A stretch of 64,000 nucleotides of DNA from Octopus sinensis (taxonomy: Eukaryota). Below the pieces are notes generated by a model that saw nothing but the letters and a program-made list of their open reading frames with translations, made no database searches and was not told the DNA's origin. Location of the stretch: contig NC_043001.1 in NCBI RefSeq assembly GCF_006345805.1, positions 58,714,001-58,778,000 on the forward strand, written 5' to 3'. Below, one piece after another: positions 57,061-64,000 of the stretch (its first letter is position 1; each line of letters starts with the position of its first letter). The position numbers were made by a program, and so were the translations under genes.

Positions 57061-58939
57061 TTATGAGCATGTCTAGATATGCAACTATATGCATGAGAAT
57101 ACATACATAAAACATACAAATCTGCACATACAAATATACATACATACGTACATACGCACACATACACACACATATATACATACAACTCTGTATGTGTGAA
57201 TATGTATGTATGTGTCTATGTACTGTCTCTCACGTTCTTTCCCCGTATCTTCACACACACACACATATGCATATATACATATGTCAGTATGTGTATGTAT
57301 ATGTATATATATAACTATGGTTGTATGAGTATATGCGTGTGTATGTCCTCTTACGATATCGCTCATCTCTAATTGGATTTCAGTTGATTTGTTGTGTGTG
57401 CTTAAGTTTTTATGGCAAAAAAGAAATGAAGCAGAATTATAAAGTCATCTCTATTGTCCTACAACTTAACTTAAATCAATGACGTTGCATATATTAAACA
57501 TGGCTGAAGTCATTGAAAATAAAATAATGTCACAAATAAACTGTGAAAATGACAAGAAGGTGTGACTGAAATGTAATGAAGTCAGCTTTACTTATAAAAT
57601 TCTGATTCTCAATTCATACCGCCCACATAGTTTATTTTGTCGAATTATTTTTGTTTTGTTTTTCTTTTTTCCTGATAGTCACCAATAAATAATATAACAG
57701 TCAATCCTACGCAACACTGTAATGTAAGATGTTTCCGCTGTGACTATCAATTTATTCTATTAATGTATCTATTACGTCGTTAAATTCTCAGTCCCTTCAT
57801 TTTTTAAGGCACAAGTTTATGTACGTTCAATTTCAAGTAACTTTTTAAAATTCATGGAGATTGTCACGTTGGTTCATCGAAAATGTAAGGTACATGGTGC
57901 TTATATTTAATGTTTTCCCTATCCGTCCTTCCGTCCATGCCTGTGAGTACTTTTGTACTTACAGACATACGTGTGTGTGTTGCGTGTGTGTGTGCATGTG
58001 TGTCTGTGTCTTTTTGTGTGCATATTTCTATGCACCAGAATGTGTTTCAGAGTAAGTGAATATGATTTAATTTTGAGTGTTTGAGATCATATATTTAATG
58101 TACATGAGACGATCAGTAACAGTGCACACAAGTACTGTTACTGACGATCATCCCCTTTACATGTGTGCATGTCAATAGCACTGGGATTTTCGATTGGTTA
58201 TAATGTTCCCATATACACACACACATATGCTCCACACACATATATGCCCCACACATACACACACAAGATCAGAGGTAATCTGAAAATTCGGTAAAATTCT
58301 TTTGCTGTTTGGTATAAAATTATAAATTACATAAGCCTTACACATGTTTCAACGATGTATAAAATGTTACTATGTTGTAATTGTCGCAAAGGCGGTTGAT
58401 ATATTCACTGTATAACGTCAGATAATCAAAAGAAGAATAACTAACTTCTGGTTAGTTATGAACGCCAATTTTAGGCCAGACACAAACTGAGAAAAGTGTG
58501 TATATTTATCAAGAATATTCCATATAGCAGCTGAGAAAAATAAGTTTAACTCTTTTAGTTTATCTGTAAGATAAACAGAGAACGGAAGATTCGTTCAGAA
58601 TGCAGCCAGTGTGTGTGCTAAAGGGAAAATATTTGGACCATAAATCTACCGCATCAAAAATGCCCCAAGTTACTGGTGCTATATGGTAAACAAATCAATG
58701 GCAGAGATTATTCACATCCATATTTACGTTTGCATACGTTAAAGTTGCTGTTAAGTAATATTAAGAGAATAAGGTAGTATAGAGAAAACTAGATGAATGG
58801 TGTTCGTATTCGTCAATTCAGATTGATAATCAAGATAAATGAATACTCACATATCATAGATTTCTGAAACGGCCATAATGAATAAAATATAACAAAATAC
58901 GAACGAGTTGCTTCCTCTTATTCTCTCAGGCAATATATG

Positions 58940-59125
58940 TGTATATTCTCTTTCTTTTTATTATTTCTCTATTTATTTCCTCGTGTTCCTTTCTGTTGAA
59001 GAGCGTAGGCTCGAAACGTAAAATATATTCTCGACTTACCGAGCGTCAGGATAATACACCTGCTTGTTGTTTATACACCTGTCTACGTCTTTTGTTTTTC
59101 TATAAATTTAAACTATATATAGAGA
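58940..59125 (+). mobile_element. Short hammerhead-bearing repeat, diverged copy (motif 58989-59024)
   Basis: cttt-CTGTTGA-a-gagc(gtag)gctc-GAAA-cgt-a-aaat; downstream gagcg..taatacacctg..cgtcttttg aligns with the 59556 unit in inverted orientation. Confidence 0.7.
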
Positions 59126-59652
59126 GGGCATGATAAGTATCTTTGTAGTAGGAGCTAAATAGACATGTGTAAGAGAAGTGGTGAAATCGAAAAAAAAACA
59201 TATCAGTAATTTTGCTCACATGACCCGTGCACTAATCTTTGCCTGGTGTACTGGTATCTGTGCAAGGAAATGCCTCTAAAATATAACTAAACATGAAATA
59301 ATAGCAACAACAATATAATAAACATTTTCTATCTGATATACTTAACGAATATGGTTCATGTATTTGCCTATAAGCTTCTAATGGTGTGATGGAGAATACT
59401 CTCATGAAGCGGTTGGTGTAAAAGCAGCTTAGAGTCAAGGACAAGCGAGAAACCCGGCTATTCTGAGTGAGTATTCTTCACTGCGCCAGGTGCATGTTAT
59501 AGCATATACACGAAACATATGCATATGTGTTTATTATATATATATATATATATATAGGGAAAGTTTACGAAAAAAAACAAAACAAAAGACGAAGACAGGT
59601 GGTGTACAAAACAAACAGATGTATTAGTATAACGCTCAGGAATAGAAAAAGT

Positions 59653-59688
59653 CTTTTACGTTTCGAGCTTACGCTCTTCTACAGAAAG
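59653..59688 (-). ncRNA. Minimal type I hammerhead-like motif (copy 1), U at position 6
   Basis: cttt-CTGTAGA-a-gagc(gtaa)gctc-GAAA-c/gt-A-aaag; palindromic stem III ACGT, GUA triplet. Confidence 0.6.
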
Positions 59689-59793
59689 GTACACAGAAAA
59701 AAAACAAGGAGAGAAACAAGGAGAGAAAAAAATGTGTGTAGTGGCTAACGATCTATCATGGCGATGTATATATACATATATATATATATATAT

Positions 59794-59826
<33 letters not shown>

Positions 59827-59922
59827 GGGAAAGTTTACGAAAAAAAACAAAACAAAAGACGAAGACAGGTGGTGTACAAAACAAACAGATGTATTAGTAT
59901 AACGCTCAGGAATAGAAAAAGT

Positions 59923-59958
59923 CTTTTACGTTTCGAGCTTACGCTCTTCTACAGAAAG
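59923..59958 (-). ncRNA. Minimal type I hammerhead-like motif (copy 2)
   Basis: Identical to 59653-59688. Confidence 0.6.
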
Positions 59959-60033
59959 GTACACAGAAAAAAAACAAGGAGAGAAACAAGGAGAGAAAAA
60001 AATGTGTGTAGTGGCTAACGATCTATCATGGCG

Positions 60034-60077
<44 letters not shown>

Positions 60078-60282
60078 GCATGTGTGCGTATGAATGTATG
60101 TATATATGTATGTATATGTGTACATATAAAATTATACACACAGACACACAGACACAGACGTAACAGAAGTAAATAGACACCCCATAAAACATCGCTTTAT
60201 ATCTATTTTAACTTGAAAAATATTTATTTTTTATTAATTGACATTTTTTTAGGTTTCAAGTTCTATGTGAGACTGCTTAATT

Positions 60283-61150
60283 ATGTCACATAAAAAAGAA
60301 GCCTTGGAACTCTCCGAATTTGAAAGAGGCAGTATTGTGGTTCAATCTGAAGGTGGGCTTAACGTAAAATACCAGAAAGCATTGCGATCCCTCTGATTGT
60401 GCAATTCACCAGAAAGGGGAAGGATTCCACATCACCTCACTCAAGTTGACCAAAGCCCTCTGACAAGACTCTTAGCTTTGTTAAGAGGGTAATCCTCATT
60501 GCAAGGCCCCTGACATAGAAGAACAATTTGATGTCAATCCCAGAGCAGCTGTCAGGTATCTCCAAGAACTTGGCTTCTATGGTAATGCTGCAAGAAGGAA
60601 GCTACTTCTTCAACCAGCCAATATCAAGTGGAGAAACGTTTTGGCCAATGAGATAGTGGGGACACTGTCATATTCTCTGATGAGTCCAGATTTGATGTAT
60701 TTCTAGACAGTGGTCGAGTGTAGGTCTCGAGATTTTGTAATTAAGAATTTGACTTGAAACGATTGCAGCCAACAATGAAACACGGCAGCTATTCTGTGAT
60801 ATCTGGGGCGCAATATCAAGCAAAGGTCGATCAGAGCTGGTGGAGTGTGGAGGACGCATAAACTCAGATAAATGTGTCCATATTGCAGAAAGGACTCCTT
60901 CCAATCTTTTCCAGTGATGAAATGATTAAAGAAGACACTCCTTAATCAAGCGGTTCCTTGTCACATGGCTAAAGTGAAGGAAGATTGGTTGGAAGAAAAT
61001 GGCATTATAACGCTCCCATGGTTAAGCGAGTTACCAGATATGGACCCCATTGAACACCTTTGGGCATAATGGAAAGGACACTTCATAAAAAGGAAAAGAA
61101 AGAATCATCAAAGCCTGACGTTTTGAGATTACACCATGAAATGTGGCAAG
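60283..61150 (+). pseudogene. Decayed Tc1 (DD34E) transposase
   Basis: MSHKKEALELSEFERGSIV, AARRKLLL, VIFSDESRF, HMAKVKEDWLEENGI..LPW..PDMDPIEHLW. Confidence 0.8.
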
Positions 61151-61189
<39 letters not shown>

Positions 61190-61190
<1 letters not shown>

Positions 61191-61318
61191 TTTAAGACGG
61201 GTTTCTTTCAGTTTCCGCCTACCAAATCCACTCACAAGGCGTTGGTCAAGCCGACGCTATGGTCAAAGACAGCTACCCAAGGTATTACTCAGTGGAATTA
61301 GGAAGCAAACTTCTTATA
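61190..61318 (-). mobile_element. SINE family B head fragment
   Basis: gacgggtttctttcagtttccgcctaccaaatccactcacaaggc..ggaagcaaacttctta. Confidence 0.75.
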
Positions 61319-61451
61319 TATATATATACATATATATATGAACACACACACAACGCATACAAACATATACACACACACACGTAATGATTACAGCTCTAAA
61401 TATTTTAAGTAATGTTTTGCGAAGCTATAAAAGCTACAACTAGCACAACAA

Positions 61452-61490
<39 letters not shown>

Positions 61491-62503
61491 TACTACTACT
61501 GATGCTGCTACTACCACTACTACATAAATCGACAAGGGAGCCTCAACATGCTCTCATGCTACAATACTCACCATTTCGACAACATGTAAAGCACGTTATA
61601 TAACGGTATACAAGGTGATTCAATAGATCAACTGACAATTTCATTTCGATCAGCCGCACTACTTATTCATGATGATAGAGCTTGCATTTGATTATCCCAC
61701 GTAATCTTCAGGTCGAAAGCGCATAAATTTCATTCTGCTGATTGTCTTCGAACAACCCGAGGTACTCTACAACAACAGTTTGCAGCAGTATCGCTTATGG
61801 TACCAGTGAGTTCGAATGCTGATTTGTGACTGAGAGATAATCATGTTAAAAACATGAACATGAACAATATAAATTTCTATTAACATTAAAATTCTAGATG
61901 CTCACCACTGAGACAGATATCTACTAAATCATGACTAAAATCGTAGGTAAACAACACCCACCAATGTGGGCCTGAGAATGCGTTTTTCTTCTTTTAGATG
62001 TATGAACCCAATGACAGAGCAAAGCAAGCTTCATACAAATTCGTTTCAATATTTCTAGATCTAATTAGTTTTCTGCTGACCTACTATATTTATAAAATCT
62101 AAAACGTTTCAAAAGTTAGCGGAAGTGAGTGTGGGAGTAATAAGGCTTTAGGAAAACTGCATCAAACGATAAGTTGAGCAACGAAGATATATAATATATC
62201 TTGGAAAGTCTCATATCGATCCTGTTTGAGCATTCTTACAGTCAGATATTTTTCAAACCAAACTCCTCTATCCTTTTTAAACAGTTTCTTTTGGAACATA
62301 TATCGAAATCATTCCTTTAAGATCTTCAGTAAGAATTTCATGTCGATTTAGCTATTTATTACAGACCGAACTTCTGTACAGTGTTTTATACTTACTTGAC
62401 TTTTATGTATAAATATTTAGGCATTTGTGTAATTCTGTGCGACGTGTTTCCTACAAGAGTATAGACTTACATATGTATGTGTATAATATATAACATATTC
62501 ACA

Positions 62504-62535
<32 letters not shown>

Positions 62536-63537
62536 GTGATTATATTTATGTGTGCCTCATTATGTGTGAGTGTAACTATGCACACATACATATACACACA
62601 TATGCATATGTATATGTGTGATTATAGATACATATATGTATATGTCTCTTGGTTTTACAGCACGGACGTTTGTCTAGCTATGGAAGGTGCAGCGGTATAC
62701 TGTTCTTATATTTATGTGAAAGTGTGTGTTTGGTTCTTTAAAGTCTATACGTGTTTCTGTGTCTATATATGTTTGCATGACTGGGTTTTTATATTTGTAC
62801 GGTGATATGTGTGCGCATTTGTGTGACTGTTCGTACACGTGTGTTTAGTTGTTTGACTGCGTATTTATGTAACTATGTGTAAGGAGTGTCCCATATCTTT
62901 TCTCTAAGGTTAATTCACTAGCAGTTCTTTGTCTCACTTGATTTAACATAAATAACAATAGACAAACAAAACATTAATATCTCTGCTTCACCAAAGAAAC
63001 AATAAATTATGTCTTCATAGCATGAAAAGAGAAATATTGCAGACTTTAATCAGAATACAAAAATCAGAAGAATTCATTAAAATTGAATTAAAATCCTCCT
63101 GTTTTCATTTAGTATTCTTTTATTCGTTTTCATTCTTTGTTGTTCTTTTTTCTCCCTGAACTTTTTGTCATTAAGTTATATAAAAAAAAAGAAATAAAAT
63201 TTGCTTTTATATTACCGATTCTTTGATCGTGTTTGCTCCTCATTTCATTCCAGTTCGATAATTCTCTGAATCTCCCACTTCTTCCACATAGTCTGTTACC
63301 GTGTGTTAAACAGACCTTCTGATATGAACTTAATATAGATTATATTATCAGTATAACAGATCAGTCTATAACAGAAAAATACAAGGGAATAAGGTTAATT
63401 CCAGTCATTGATCACAGCTTCAAATATTAATACAATTTGTAATGTAGCATATGCAATGACAGAAGATTCAAACGTACATAAATTTTTCTCTAATCTTTTT
63501 TTACTGATTATTTGTGTTTGTCTGTGTGTGCGTATGT

Positions 63538-63691
63538 GTAGTAGTAGTAGTAATAGTAGTAGTACCACCAGCAGCAGCAACAGCATTGTTATTATCATTA
63601 TATGAAGTAGTACGAGAATTATTATTATTATTATTATTAGTAGTATAGTAGTAGTAGTAGTAGTAGTAGTAGTAGCAGCAGCAGCAGCAAT

Positions 63692-63778
<87 letters not shown>
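63538..63778. repeat. Compound (GTA)n/(GCA)n/(TTA)n microsatellite
   Basis: Direct runs; they explain ORF 63395..63805. Confidence 0.95.
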
Positions 63779-64000
63779 TTGGTAGATTGGTTGTTTGGAG
63801 GACAATTTTTATTCACTTTGAATTGCCAAGTTTATACAACTGCGTAATATTGATACACAGATATTGGAGTAATAAGGAAAATATTTGTATCAAACTGAAA
63901 CACATCTAAAATATAATGGGAATTTTAAAAATAAGTCAAAGTAAAAATATTCCGAATTCTATTCATGATCTTCAATTTGTGCTTAAAGTCTATTCTTCAA

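Larger units (their letters stand above)
59540..60072 (-). repeat. Direct tandem duplication, 270-bp period, of a ~220-bp hammerhead-bearing unit separated by (TA)n
   Basis: The units starting gggaaagtttacg at 59557 and 59827 appear identical outside the TA tracts. Confidence 0.92.

Noticed and set aside
58113-58144. 13-bp hairpin tcagtaacagtgc/gtactgttactga
   Set aside because: Isolated and short, with no supporting context.
60677-60700. ctgatgag hammerhead core
   Set aside because: It is the FSDES codon string of the Tc1 transposase and has no downstream GAAA or stems.

Overview
This is AT-rich, microsatellite-dense eukaryotic DNA. The recurring tRNA-type SINEs look like those I associate with Octopus genomes; that species assignment is inferred and not database-checked. 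I found no convincing host protein-coding gene, rRNA, tRNA or CRISPR array, and most short ORFs in the track are microsatellite translations. The window is a mosaic of transposons: two closely similar Dong/R4-type RT+REL LINEs sitting in (TAA)n tracts, a third diverged R4-like LINE, a nearly full-length CR1-like LINE whose ORF1 has CCCH fingers and a Myb-like N-terminus, Tx1/L1-like pieces, a Penelope-like RT+GIY-YIG relic, Gypsy relics, Tc1/mariner elements, a fold-back MITE and many SINEs. The main hunt result is a set of minimal type I hammerhead-ribozyme-like motifs (16227, 18822, 42333, 48915, 58989, 59653, 59923). Most have self-complementary stem III, the 3:8 core pair covaries among them (C-G, U-A, G-C), and one family has a fixed U at position 6 and includes an identical 270-bp tandem pair. 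The second result is a SINE that shares its 3' tail with a Tx1-like LINE and appears to insert into copies of itself.
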